64,000 nucleotides of DNA from Prorocentrum cordatum (lineage: Eukaryota), in NCBI GenBank assembly GCA_963575745.1, contig CAUYUJ010000002.1, positions 2,170,001 through 2,234,000 on the forward strand, read 5' to 3'. The notes below the pieces were generated by a model, which did no database searches, had not been told where the DNA came from, and worked only from the letters and a program-made list of their open reading frames with translations. A program made the translations under genes and the position numbers. This document shows positions 38,715 to 50,517 of this stretch, piece after piece. How positions within the stretch are numbered: position 1 is the stretch's first letter; each line of letters opens with the position of its first letter.

Positions 38715-41700
38715 GTAGATGGCGAGTCCGACGAACAACTTGTGCAGACACACCAGGAACTCTCGGAGATGACGGCCCTACTGAAGGTTTTGAGGCAAGA
38801 CGCCGAGAAGGCGAGAAGAGCTAAACTTGTGGAGGAAATCTGGGAAGCCCATCAGAGAAACGAGTTCAGCACCATGCACAGACTACGCATCCAGTACCAG
38901 CGTAACGGCAGAGGCCCAAAAAAACGATATTATCAGTCAACTAGAACTCACTGGCCGAAAGAGGAATGGCTTCGAGAACTTGGGAAGAGACCCGAGGAAG
39001 GAGGACTAGCAGCACAGGAGATCGACCTGGATGAGTACGTTAGGGGGCAACGGGAGAGAATCGAAGAGCAGCTACCTCTGCCAGAAGATACGGAGGCCAT
39101 GGCTCTCATGCTGTTGGACAAGAGCTGGATGCTGAAATATTGTAAAAAGGCGGCAGAACGACGGGCCTGGCCTAGATGGGGGATCCCTGTGGAACTGACT
39201 TGGGTGATCCTGGATCCCTCGACGCATCTTGAGCACCCAGAGCTCTTGAGCCGCCAGATAGAAGCCAGTGGGATTCGTGCAGCTGAAGGGAGAGAGGACG
39301 AGGAGGATCTGAGCAAGTACACGACACTGTTTCGTTATCGAGTAGGTAGAATAATTTTGAAAAGGATGGGATGGAACAGCGGGGAGAGACTGGGCAGTAC
39401 GGGTGAGAAATTGGACGGCGCAGAGTTGGACGCTTGCGAAGTGACACCGTACTTTGTGGACCGACCAGAGAGAGGAGGATTGGGCGCGGCCAAATTGCGC
39501 AGGAACGACGAAGAGGGACCGTATTTGTTCCAGCAGCTTCTGGATCAGCTGTTGATGAAATGCAGGACATCGCAGGTGACCCCCCTGGCGTGGCATCGTT
39601 CAATTTCCTTTGATGCGGATAAAAACAATGGGAAACCAGGCATCGGAGGGAAACGTATCATGCATGCATACGACTCTATGAGTATGGCGTGGCATTGTGG
39701 TATACACAAAAGGGGCCCTCAACCTAGTCACCCCCCATGGGCCCAAGGAGGCCTGGCACGCCGGAGCCGCGAAAATGCGATTCTCTGCTTACAGGCGGTG
39801 CAGTGGAGGGCTAGGGAAGGGGGAGTGAGTATTGTGCACACAAACTACGATTGCAGCAACGCGTTTGCCAGTACGAAGCGGGAGCTCCTCCAGGCGACGG
39901 CATGGAAACATGCGAGCGAGGCAGACCAGCCATTCGCCCTAGGAGCTATTTGCAACACACAGCTCAGCATACGTTGCGCAGATGAGTGGCTGCACGCAGA
40001 GACGACGGTGGGGGCCCAGATGGGTTTCACTCTGTGCCCGCGCCAGTTCAACGATGTCTACAACTTGTATGTAGACAAGTGGCTTCAGTCGGAAAGAGAC
40101 AGGGATATACACCACACGTGGCACGACACACGGAATCCTGTGACTGACACCTGGCACGATTTGGCACTGAACACGTTCATGGACGATGTGACGCGCACAC
40201 ACGCGATTCTACAGGGAGCAACGACCAGCGCGGTGACAGAACAGCTGAATGGAGCCACGACTAGACTGGAACAGACAATTGGCAAGGGCGGATGGAGGTT
40301 GAACCAAGGCAAAACCAACCTCCTCTTGTGCATCTGTGGCCCTGGGAGCTACACAGCGACAATGCAGCTCAGACGGTCCACTGAACTGAAGGAGGAAGCG
40401 CTACGAGAGATGAGAGTCCTTGGACCTTACCTCCCATCCGACCAGGGGCTGGGGGGGGGAAGTGCGCAGACGGATATCAGCCATGAGAGTGGCCTGGAGG
40501 CAATGTGGCTGTTTTTTGGAGCTCAGACACCCCTGACCCCATCAAGCGCACCATGTTCATTGCATTCGTCTTGGGAGCCGCATGGAGCGGCATGGCGGCT
40601 TTCGTTCTCCCAGCTGACCTGACAGATGCCCTCGGTGCTGTGATTGGGAAGTACTTGCGCAGACTTGCAGTAGGACGGATGAGTTGGCGGCTCGAATCAG
40701 GTGAGACCCGTTGCTATCCGACAGCACGAGTGTTCAAATAATGAGGGATAGAAAGAAGTGCCACAGCCCTCAGGACCAGGCGATTAAAGTGGCACAGAAA
40801 CTGGGCGGTGCACCCCCACGAGCATGCACATGTCATTGCTGCAGTGTTTGGCGAATCCAAACTAGACGAGAGGAGACAAATTCGCAGGCTGCAGGCGCAC
40901 AAGTGGGTGTGGTGTTGTTCGACCCCGTGGGCCCTACAACTTAAAGCAGACCTGGATGCACTGGCTGAGGTGGCGGAGGAAATGAAGGCTTGACACGACA
41001 AACGGACCTCGGATTTCGAGATCTTTTGCCCAGGGACCCAGGCGTGGCAACAGTGGACAAACATGGATGTGACAGTTATCCGCAGTGCAGCACTGACTTG
41101 GGCCCAGGGGAAGGAGGACGAGGAGTTGAAAGGATACGAGGAGGTGACAAAGCCTTTTTGGTGCGAGTGTGCGGTTACGGACGAGCAGGGACATTCCAGG
41201 GTATGTGGGAAACGTTTTGCGACGACAGCGGCACTCATAGGGCATCGCAGAGAGCTGCACAACATCCGACCATTGGTAGCCAGCTTAGTGGAGACTAACC
41301 AATGCCCTTGGTGCGAAAGTACCTTTGCAGACAGGCGCACGGCAATCGACCGCGTCACGAGGGCCGCCGACGGACATGGAATATGCCACCGTGACCGCAG
41401 CAAATGGAGCCACCCAGATGTCCCACCAGCAAGTTTGAAGTGCAAGATCTGTGATTTTGAGGCTCAAGACCTGCCAGAGTACCACGCCCACGCGAGGACT
41501 CATCACCCAGGCCCCACTTCGGTCAGAGAACCAAGAAGGGTGCGGCACACACAGGAAATGCCAGCCGAACTCATGGGGCTGCGACCGCTCGACGTGCCAG
41601 CTTGGGGCCTCATGCGCAGGGCAGACAGAGGAAACCTCCAGCAGTCAGACGAGAGGGTCACGAAGGAGGGCAAGGGGGGCTCCCAGCAGGCCAAGGGCGG

Positions 41701-42540
41701 GGACTCGAGCGGGGCGGCGGCGGCAGGAGGAGGCGAACCACCGCGCAGACCAGAGCCGCAAAAAGGAGGAGGCAAAGGAGACGATCACCACACCCAACTC
41801 GGACAAGCCATCAGCAACCTGCAGAAGCTGTCGCTGCGCACGGCGATGATGGCACGAGAACAGCAACACCTCAACTCGGACTTCTGGCTGATCCCAATCT
41901 CCTGTTCGCCGTGTCGGGTGGCCATCGAAACAGGAAAAAGACTACGCCATGCAAGTGAGAGCGGCGGGGAGAAAAACACTCGATGGGCCCTCCACACGCC
42001 CGCGTCGCAGTTGCTACGATCTCCGAGGTGAAAAACGTCCTGGCGGCGACGATCAGCAAAGAGGGGGGGGGGGGGATCGGACTCTGCAGTGGGGCTACGA
42101 GATCCTCCAGCACTGGTTGGACTTGGCGTTCCACGAGAAGGGTCGAGAGTTCGTGCTGGAGACCCTGAAGCAGTTCAAGATGTCGGAAGCGTACAAGCCC
42201 AAGGGTCAAGAAGACGACGGCAACGGGAAGGGCAAGCTGCTGTACACGATCAACCCGACGCCGAGCATCAGGGTGGCCATGGGCGTCGAGAGGATCCCCA
42301 AGGAGAAGGACGAGTTCGAGATGGACGAGGACGGGGACCTAGAGAGCATGAAAAACGGGGAGGGGGTATCAGAAGGACGAGCTGGACGAGTACCACCCTC
42401 CCTACCTGAAGCAAGCGATGGGCCACACGCTGAAGCTGCTGGGCGGGGTCTACAGCACGAGCCACGGCCCCAAGAGCGACCTGGAGAGGCAGGTGGAGAA
42501 GCAGTTGCAGGCGTCGAGGTCGCAGGGGCAGATGGACTGA
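37514..42540 (+). mobile_element. LINE ORF2-like: APE - G-patch-like insert - RT - C2H2 fingers - unknown 3' coding region; lightly frameshifted
   Basis: APE: MKIVTHNP, DIVLLNGTH, GGDINS, NENG, PTYY..TIDRI, DHIPI. RT: GIPVEL, W..S...DKNNGKPG..KR, YDCSNAFAS, GAQMGFTLCPRQFN, FMDDV, LNQGKT, LGPYL. Zn fingers: CGKRF..H...H, CPWC, CKIC..H...H. Several breaks fall at G homopolymers. Confidence 0.88.
38643..38710. repeat. (GA)n microsatellite within the LINE ORF
   Basis: Direct reading; translates as (ER)n. Confidence 0.97.
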
Positions 42541-43614
42541 CCAGAGATGCGGAAGCGTCCATCCAGAGCGGCCAGGGCGCGTCCAGTTCGACAGGGCCCG
42601 CCAAGACGCCAGTGCGCCCAGCCTCTTTCACGGCGGTGCCCTCGCATCAGACGCTTGCCCTGCCAGTGGCAGCCCCGCAGTCTCGAGAGGAAAAGCTGGC
42701 AGAGATGTTGAGCCGTAATCCAGCATCGATGGAAAAAACTAAAAGAATTAGCGGGCCAAAGTGGAAAAGACGGAAAAAGCAAGCAGCTGCATGAACTAGC
42801 CAAGCGATTTCAAGCAGAGCGGCCCCAAGCATTACGATATCACCCGGAGGGTGCAGGAGGGCGAGGGGGCAGCGGAGGTAAACGAGTTTAAGATCAACAG
42901 CAGAGCTTACTACGGACTGGAATGCGACGGGGGACAGACAGCACAAGTATGACGGTTTTTGGGTTTATACATTTACGACGGGCACGTACAGGTGACAGGG
43001 GAGGGCAATACTACAAGGACGGGACAGGGCACAGCACGATTGCAGAAGGATGAACTGGCAAGGGAGTGGGGACACCAGAGAGCACAAGTGGTAGGCTACG
43101 TAGGCGGGGAAAGTATTGTGACGAACGCTGCTACAGAGGGGGGGTCTGGACAGAGAACTAGGCACCGACATCGGCCCCTCCTTTTGTTCCGTGTATACGG
43201 CATTGCTTCAGCGCGGATAGCACTCAGATGGGGGTAGCAGCAAGCAGGACATCGGATGCCAGTACCAGCTGTCCAGTTTTGTTCACACAAGAGAGCAGAC
43301 ATGCATGCGGGGTCCTAGGCCTAAGGCTCCCAGGAGGGCCCATGGGAGAGCTCTACTATGCTCGGGGCGGGGGGGGGGGGGGCGTAGCGCCCATGCGGGT
43401 GGGCACGATCCCTTAAAGGCGACGGAGCGCCCCCCCCTCGAGTCTCAGATTGGTCGCCTGAGTCCTCGGAGAGCTCACTCTGCTTGGACTCCTGCCACGT
43501 GCCCCACCGACGGTTGGTCGCAACAGGAGTGGAACATCCGTAGCACAACTGGCTTACCACAGTTGCGGTCTTGTTTTGGCTCGCCACGCTCACTTTGCAT
43601 CAGCCTGTCCCGTG

Positions 43615-44382
43615 ATGCAGCAGATGCTGCCAGCGATCGAGGAAGCACCCGTGTTTCGCGGAGACACCACGGCCAACCAAGTCATTGGAGACGAGGCATA
43701 TGTGATCAAGCTCCAGGGGGCTAACATCCAGAAGTGCGCGGACACGATGGCGGACCTCAAGAAGAAGCTCGAGATGCAGATCGAGTTGATGATTGCCCAG
43801 AAGAAGGTGCTGAGTCAGAACCTGGCGCGCAGCCAGCAGGTGAACAACACGACGGCGGAGGGGGCGTTCATGCTGGCGGAGAACACTCAGACCCTGGCCG
43901 ACCAGATCAAGAGCATCGACGAGACCACGAGCGCGCTCATCACAGCGCACGGGTCATTGGCATGGAAGCACGACACACCCTTGCAGATGGCACCGACAAA
44001 GGAGTACAGCAAGCTCCAGCCCGACGAGAAGGAGGACCTGCAGGGCCTGGTCATGACGCAGAAGGTGCAGAGGGCCATGTTCGAGGCGAAGAGGGCAAAC
44101 AACGGCACCATCCCACCGTGGAGGGCGGGCGACGAGAGCTCGTGGATCTTCGACGGGTGGGCGCCGCCAAAAGGAGGAATCCCGGCGTGGAACAAGGACG
44201 ACCCGAAGACCTGGACGTTCCACGGGTGGAGGGGGCCTAAGAAGTGGGTCGACTACAAAGAGGGCAAGAGTTCCAAGCCAGAGACGCCAGAGGAAGTAAT
44301 CCCACAGAGTGAAGCGACGGCAGCATCATCGAGCGACGGGTGCAACGTGCCGATCCCAGAGTCAGAGGAGGACCAGCCTTAG
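43615..44382 (+). CDS. 255-aa coiled-coil protein with duplicated Trp-rich motif, probably LINE-associated (ORF1 or accessory)
   Basis: Intact ATG..TAG ORF, strong GC3 codon pattern, protein-like composition, conserved paralog at 35804-36448. Confidence 0.75.
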   Translation: MQQMLPAIEEAPVFRGDTTANQVIGDEAYVIKLQGANIQKCADTMADLKKKLEMQIELMIAQKKVLSQNLARSQQVNNTTAEGAFMLAENTQTLADQIKSIDETTSALITAHGSLAWKHDTPLQMAPTKEYSKLQPDEKEDLQGLVMTQKVQRAMFEAKRANNGTIPPWRAGDESSWIFDGWAPPKGGIPAWNKDDPKTWTFHGWRGPKKWVDYKEGKSSKPETPEEVIPQSEATAASSSDGCNVPIPESEEDQP

Positions 44383-45579
44383 AAAGGAGCAGTGAGTGAG
44401 GAAGAGAGGCGCATCGTCACTGAGCGGCCGCATGCGCAGTTCCATTGCATTTCGCATTGCCGTTGACCGTTGAGAGGCTGGCGAACGCAAGAGAGAGACA
44501 TAGTCATGTGGGGACCACGGAAACAACATGCCATGCCACTATGGATTGTGATTGTGATGACACGACTACGGGTCAGTCCACTACTGATGGGGACAGACTG
44601 TCAGCTTCAATCACCGCTAGACTCACCTAGAGGCGTGATCCCCCACAGGCAACCAGTTTCTGCACCACCCCGTCTAGCGTTCTTTTTTTAGGATTCGAGG
44701 AGTGGGGGGAGGAGGGGGGGCGGTCGTCTCGCTTCGTGCCGCCCGCGCCGCCGCGCGCGCTTCGCGTCAACGGCGTGGCCGTGACGCAGGCGCCCCGCGG
44801 CGGCCCTCCCTCCTCCTCCCCTCGGGTTGTGTGTGTGTGTGTGAGTGGGAGTGTGTGTTGTGTATTGTCCTCCTCCTCCTGCTCCTCCTCCTCCTCCTCC
44901 TCATATTAATCCGCCTCCGCCTTCTATACCTCCTCCTCGTCCTCCTCCTTCTCCTCCTCCTCCTCCTCCTCATCCCCCTCGCCCTCCTCCTCCTCCTCCT
45001 CCTCCTCTTCCCCCTCCTCCTCCTCATATTAATCCGCCTCCTCCGTCTATTTATCCTCCCCCTCCTCCTCCCCTTCCTCCTCCTCCTCCCCTCCTCCTCC
45101 TCGTCTTCCTCCTCCTCCTCCTCCTCCTCCGCCTCCTCCTCCCCCTCATATTAATCAGCCTCCGCCTTTTATTTATCCTCTCCTCCTCGTCATCATCATC
45201 ATCATCATCATCAGCATCATCCTCCTCCTCCTCCTCCTCCTCCTCCTCCTCCTTCTCCTTCTCCTCCCTTTCCACCTCCCCATCATCATCGCCCTCTCCC
45301 AACCCCTCCCCCGTCCTCATCCTTCCCCTGCTTCTTCTCCATGTGCCCCCCCCTCCCCACCTGGTCGGGGCAAGCAAATCGATGTTCCTCGGCGCCGTCG
45401 CCGCCTCGGCCAACGCGCGCGCGTTCGCCGACGGCTTGTTCGAGAAGCCTTCGGGACAGCTCCGCGGGCCATGCTTTTGGGACAACCCCGCGGGCCTCTG
45501 GGGCGCGGGGGCAGGCCGTCGGGGCAACCCCGCTGGCCAGACCGTTGGGACAACCCCGCGGGCCTCTAGTTGCGCGCCG

Positions 45580-45960
45580 CGGCGCTCATACCTGGAGGTT
45601 GTCGCTTTCTCCTCGAACTTCTTGAGCGCCTCCCGCAAGGACGCCGGCGGCCCGCGCTCCAGGAACTCGCGCGAGGGCATGTTCCGCACGCACGTGGCGC
45701 GGGAGAGCATGACGTAGAGGTGCAGCCACCACTGCTCGTCCGACATGCCCATGCGACCAGCGTCCTCGTCCCTCGCGCAGTCGATGGTGACGCCCTTGCG
45801 CAGCCTCTGGCCCTGCGACAGCGTGGAGGTCAGGTAGGACGCGTGCGTCAAGGTGAACCCCGAGCCGCGCACAGCGTGCGCCCCCAAGCTCTGCCACGTG
45901 AGCTCCTGCTCGCCGGGCCTGAACATGAGCAAGCTCCTCGCCCGCGCCTCGGCCTCGCCG
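45580..45960 (-). pseudogene. Pif1-family (Helitron-type) helicase C-terminal fragment
   Basis: LTHASYLTSTLSQGQRL (motif V, TxxxSQGxTL) and LYVMLSRAT (motif VI, YVxLSR). Confidence 0.75.
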
Positions 45961-46619
45961 TGTTCGACGGCGCCTTCGGCGCCCTGCAGCAGCAGTTCGG
46001 CGACCTTTGTAGATCGGGGACTCCTCGACGCCGCGGATTTGCAGCCGAACTACCTGCGGCAGGTAGCGGGGGCGGAAAGCTGGCCCGGCGCGCACTCCTC
46101 GTAGTCCCGCTCGTCGTCGGAAGGGGGAGGAGGGAGAACTGGCAGCAAAATTCTGCCCGACTTGTTCGCACCGGCAGACTTGTTCGCACCGGCGTTGCGC
46201 ACTTCCTTCGGCAGGCCGTTCGCGCCAGCAGATTTGTTCGCACCGGCGTTGCGCCCTTCGGGGCGTAAGCTTAAGTTCTAGTAAGTCTAAGTGGAATCAA
46301 AGGGATACAATACATTTGTGTAAAACATGCTTCACGCGACTACACCGCCTACCTCTGCTCATCCTGTCCCGCGCTGTATCGATCGAAACGCGCTCCTCCC
46401 GACGACGCGAGCTCTCGAATGGAAGCCCCCGACCAGTCACTTGCAACAGGAGACACAAAGAAACAGTGGGATTCATGGGGCCCACGTGCTACGACAACGA
46501 CTCCACCACCTTCTTCTCTGTCTTCTCCTCCTCCTCCTCCTTTTTCGAGGGCCTACGAGCTGTACCCGTTCGGATTACCTACATGATCTGCGGGCCCCAT
46601 ATGGATGGGACTGCCGCCT

Positions 46620-48310
46620 GAGAGTTCCTCACAATGCAATCACAGACGCGGCTCCCGCTTGATACTTCCTCCAAATTCATACCTGACAAGCCCAAAGGTG
46701 ACGACAGTTACAATGCTTGGATGACCCGCATGGATTACCATCATGAAGTGCGGGACCCATAGGGAGTGGGCTTCCGCCTGAGACTTCTTCACAATTCAAT
46801 CACACACGAGGCTCCCGCCTGGTAATTCTTCCATATGGATGTTTGAGGAGCCCAAGAGTGACGACAATTACAGGAGTTGGATGACCCGCATCGGATAACC
46901 AACATGATCCGCGGGGCCCATAGGGAGGTGGCTCCCGCTTGATATTCTTCGCAAATCACTCACCGACGAAGCTCCCGCCTGATAATCCTCTACATTCAGG
47001 GCTGAGGAGCCCAAAAGTGACGACAGTTACAAAACTTGGATGACCCGCGTCGGACTACCAACATGATCCGCGGGGCCCATGGGGACGGGGCTCCTGCCTG
47101 AGACGTCCTCGCAATTGGCTCACAGACGAGGCTCCCGCCTGATACGTCCTCCACATTCAGGGCCGAGGGGCCCAAAAGTGACGACAGTTACAAGATTTGG
47201 ATGGCCCGCATGAGTTACCAACATGATCTGCGGGCCCCATTGGGAGGGGGCTGCCACGTGAGATTTCTTCATCATTCACTATCAGACGCGGTTCCCGCTT
47301 GATACTTTCCCCAAATTCATACCTCACAAGCCCAAAGGTGACGACAGTTACAATATTTGGATGACCCGCATGGATTACCAACATGAAATACGGGACCCAT
47401 AGGGAGGGGGTTTTCGCCTGAGACCCTTTCAAAATTCAATCACACACGAGGCTCCCGCCTGATAATTCTTCCATGTTCGTGCCTGATGAGGCCAAGAGTC
47501 ACGACAATTACAGGAGTTGGATGACCCGCATCGGATTACCAACGTGATCCGCGGGGCACATAGGGAGGTGGCTCCCGCCTGAGATTTCTTGCAAGTCACT
47601 CACCACGAGGTTCGCGCCTGATACTCCCTCCACATTCAGGCCTGCGGAACCCAGAGGTGACGACAGTTACAAAACTTGGATGACCCGTGTCGGACTACCA
47701 ACATGATCCGCGGGGCCCATAGGGACGGGGTTCCTGCCTGAGACGTCCTCGCAATTTGCTCACAGACGAGGCTCCCGCCTGATACGTCCTCCATATTCAG
47801 GGCTGAGAAGCCCAAAAAGGACGACGGCTACAGGATTTGGTTGACCCGCGTCGGACTACCAACATGATCCGCGGGGCCCATGGGGACGGGGTTCCTGCTT
47901 GAGACTTCTTCGCAATTGACTCACAGACGACACTCCCGCCTGATACGTCCTCCACATTCAGGGCTGAGGAGCCCAAAAGTGACGAATATTACAATATTTG
48001 GATGACCCGCATCGGATTGCCAAAATGATTCGCGGGGCCCATAGGGACGGGGCTCCCGCCTGAGACTTCTTCGCAATTGATTCACAGGCGAATATCCCGC
48101 CTGATACGGCTTCCACATTCAGGGTTGAGGAGCCCAAAAATGACGACAGTTACAGGATTTGGATCACCCGCATCGGATTGCCAACATGATCCGCGGGGCC
48201 CATAGGGAAGGGTTCCCGCCTGAGATTTCCTCGCAATGTACTCACAGACGAGGCTCCCGCCCGATACGTCCTCCATGTTCAGGCCTGAGGAGCCCAAAAG
48301 TGACGACAGT
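46620..48310. repeat. ~160-bp tandem repeat, ~10-11 copies
   Basis: GACGACAGTTACA-like core recurs at ~46700, 46860, 47019, 47180, 47340, 47500, 47659, 47820, 47981, 48142 and 48302; followed by a (GAGT)n tract and hairpin CCCCAC-TTAGGAT-GTGGGG. Confidence 0.93.
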
Positions 48311-48544
48311 GAGTGAGTGAATGAGTGATGACGACGAGAAGTGAGTGCGTAAATGTGTGACCCAGTGAGTGTGAGTGTAAGTGAGTGTGTGATTGATGAA
48401 GGTGATGATGCTGATGATGAGTAAATGAAGGAGTGAGTGGGGGTGAGTGAGGGGGGGTGAGGGCTGCGCGGGGTGTCCAGAGAAAAAAAGAACCCCACTT
48501 AGGATGTGGGGATCAATTCCTCTCCCCAGATTCGCCGGCGCAGC

Positions 48545-50350
48545 CTAGCGTCGACGCCCCCCGACACCAAGGCGCGCCCATGCTTGGGCGCCCACGCGAC
48601 AACAATACCCAGCTGATTGTAAACAGCTCGCATCATCGCACGGCTTCGCACTGCGAGCGGCACGCGCGCTAAAGCGCGGCAAGCTCCCACCCCAAACACG
48701 AAGTTTCAAACGTGACATGCTCTCACCCATCAGTTCGAAGCCAATTGCGCACCCACGAGCCCGCGGCGATACGAGGAAACCAACTCCAGCAGTCTCGTCG
48801 GAGCCTGGGCCCCCAGATAAGACGACCCAAAACCCACGCTCAGTCGCAAAGTAGGCGCACTCGCGCTTGCGAGTCTCTTGCATGGCGAGCACGTCGACGC
48901 CCAGCTGCTCCGCGTAGATCTGCAGGTCCGCCTCCATAGCCTCCGTCGCGCCCTCGACGCGCTCCACGAACCGAGAACGATGTCCACTGCGCAGGGCTGC
49001 AACCGCCCTCCGCGGAAATCAGCCCTTCCTCGCCCAGTGCCGGCGCTGCCTTGCAGTGTTCTGATCGCTTCTTGCATGCACTCCTGAATTTTTATTCGAT
49101 GTATAAGCGCAGTAGGGGACGACTGCGGGTGACACGATTGTGCGTGGCATTTCCTATTCTGGAGGGCGCCCCTGGGCCCCCTTCGACAAAGCCTCGACGC
49201 TGTCCTTCGACCCCTCCCTGCCGGCCGCTGCTTTTGCGACCGACTAGTTCAAACTTGCCCCAGACATCCACGACCTGTAGCCCCCCCCCCAGCGCCGCTC
49301 GTGGGACACGCGATCAAGGAACACTCGCGCAGTCACTGCGAGCACGCCGCCCACTACCACCGCGCAAGGAGCAGAGCCGCTCACGGACTTAGCGAATGGA
49401 ATGTCCCACGCTTTCTTGAACATGCGCTTCCATCCAGAACAAAGTTCCACGCCGCCCTGTCGGTGATAGGGCGGCCCGAGTTGCCCCGCGGGTTTCTGCC
49501 CACCCGATTACGATCCCGCCCCCCTCCAGACATCCACGACAACGTTCCGCTCCACAGGACTCCCGAAGTCTGCTAACAGCACTCCAACGAAGTTCCCCAT
49601 CGCGTAGGTCTTGACGGAGGCGGAGGCCTCCAAGGAGGTCAGCTTGTCCTGCAACCGCTCAGCAGCCTTCGAGTGGGCGTCGCGGCCAGCGACGTTGCCG
49701 ACGACCATGGTCATTGAGCGCTTCTGTGTGCTCGGACCGCTGGCGGACTGCGCGCAGGCTGGAATATGCTGCTTGCTCCCCTGCGTCATGGCCTCCCTCG
49801 TGTACTCCTGGGGGGCGTAGGTCAGCTTATCCTCCAGAAGCTTGCGCGCGTGCTCCTGTTTCTCCGCCCGCGCTTCGATATCGAGGACGGCAGTCTCCGC
49901 GTGGCCTGCACGGAAAGCCAGCGTCTCCCTGATGCCCGCGACCTTGACATCGAGCTCGCCGAGTTCTGCGCGCAGGGTCCTGACCACTGACGGCACGGGG
50001 GACAGCGGCTCTTGCGGGAGGCTAGCGATGCCGGCCATGGCTACGTCCTCCTGGCCGAGATTCGGCTCGCGGGCCAGCGACTCGATCAGCTCGTCTTCGG
50101 AATCGTACTTGTGCATCGGGACGCAGCTTTCCTGCCGCCCGCGGCACCCTGGGCGTTTTTCGCCAGGAAGAGGAGCAAAGCGGGGAATGAGGACCACGCC
50201 CAACCCGGGGTTTCCATGGTCCTTCAAGAGACTCCGGACGGCAGCGCCGGCCACGCGGGCACCCCCAATCTTCGGAGGTGGTGCTGGAGACACCACGGCC
50301 TCGAACTCCCGTTCAAGATTCCGCTGCGATCTGGCCATGGGCGCCGACGC
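48545..50350 (-). mobile_element. 5' part of a decayed LINE (ORF1-like + start of APE endonuclease)
   Basis: VDVLAMQETR..FWVVLSG...AGVGFLVS (RTE-like APE); upstream helical ORF 49508-50515. Confidence 0.7.
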
Positions 50351-50517
50351 GGTTCCCACAGGCATCAGAGGGCAGGGAAAAAGGAACAGAATTGCGAGTG
50401 GAAGTGGGAAGTTGAGTAGCGACCCTCGCTGGCCAGGGCGAAGCAGGCGCGCGCGGTAATTCGACGCCCCGCTCGAACGCCCCCGCGCGCGTGCTGTCGC
50501 GAGAACCCCTTGCAAAC

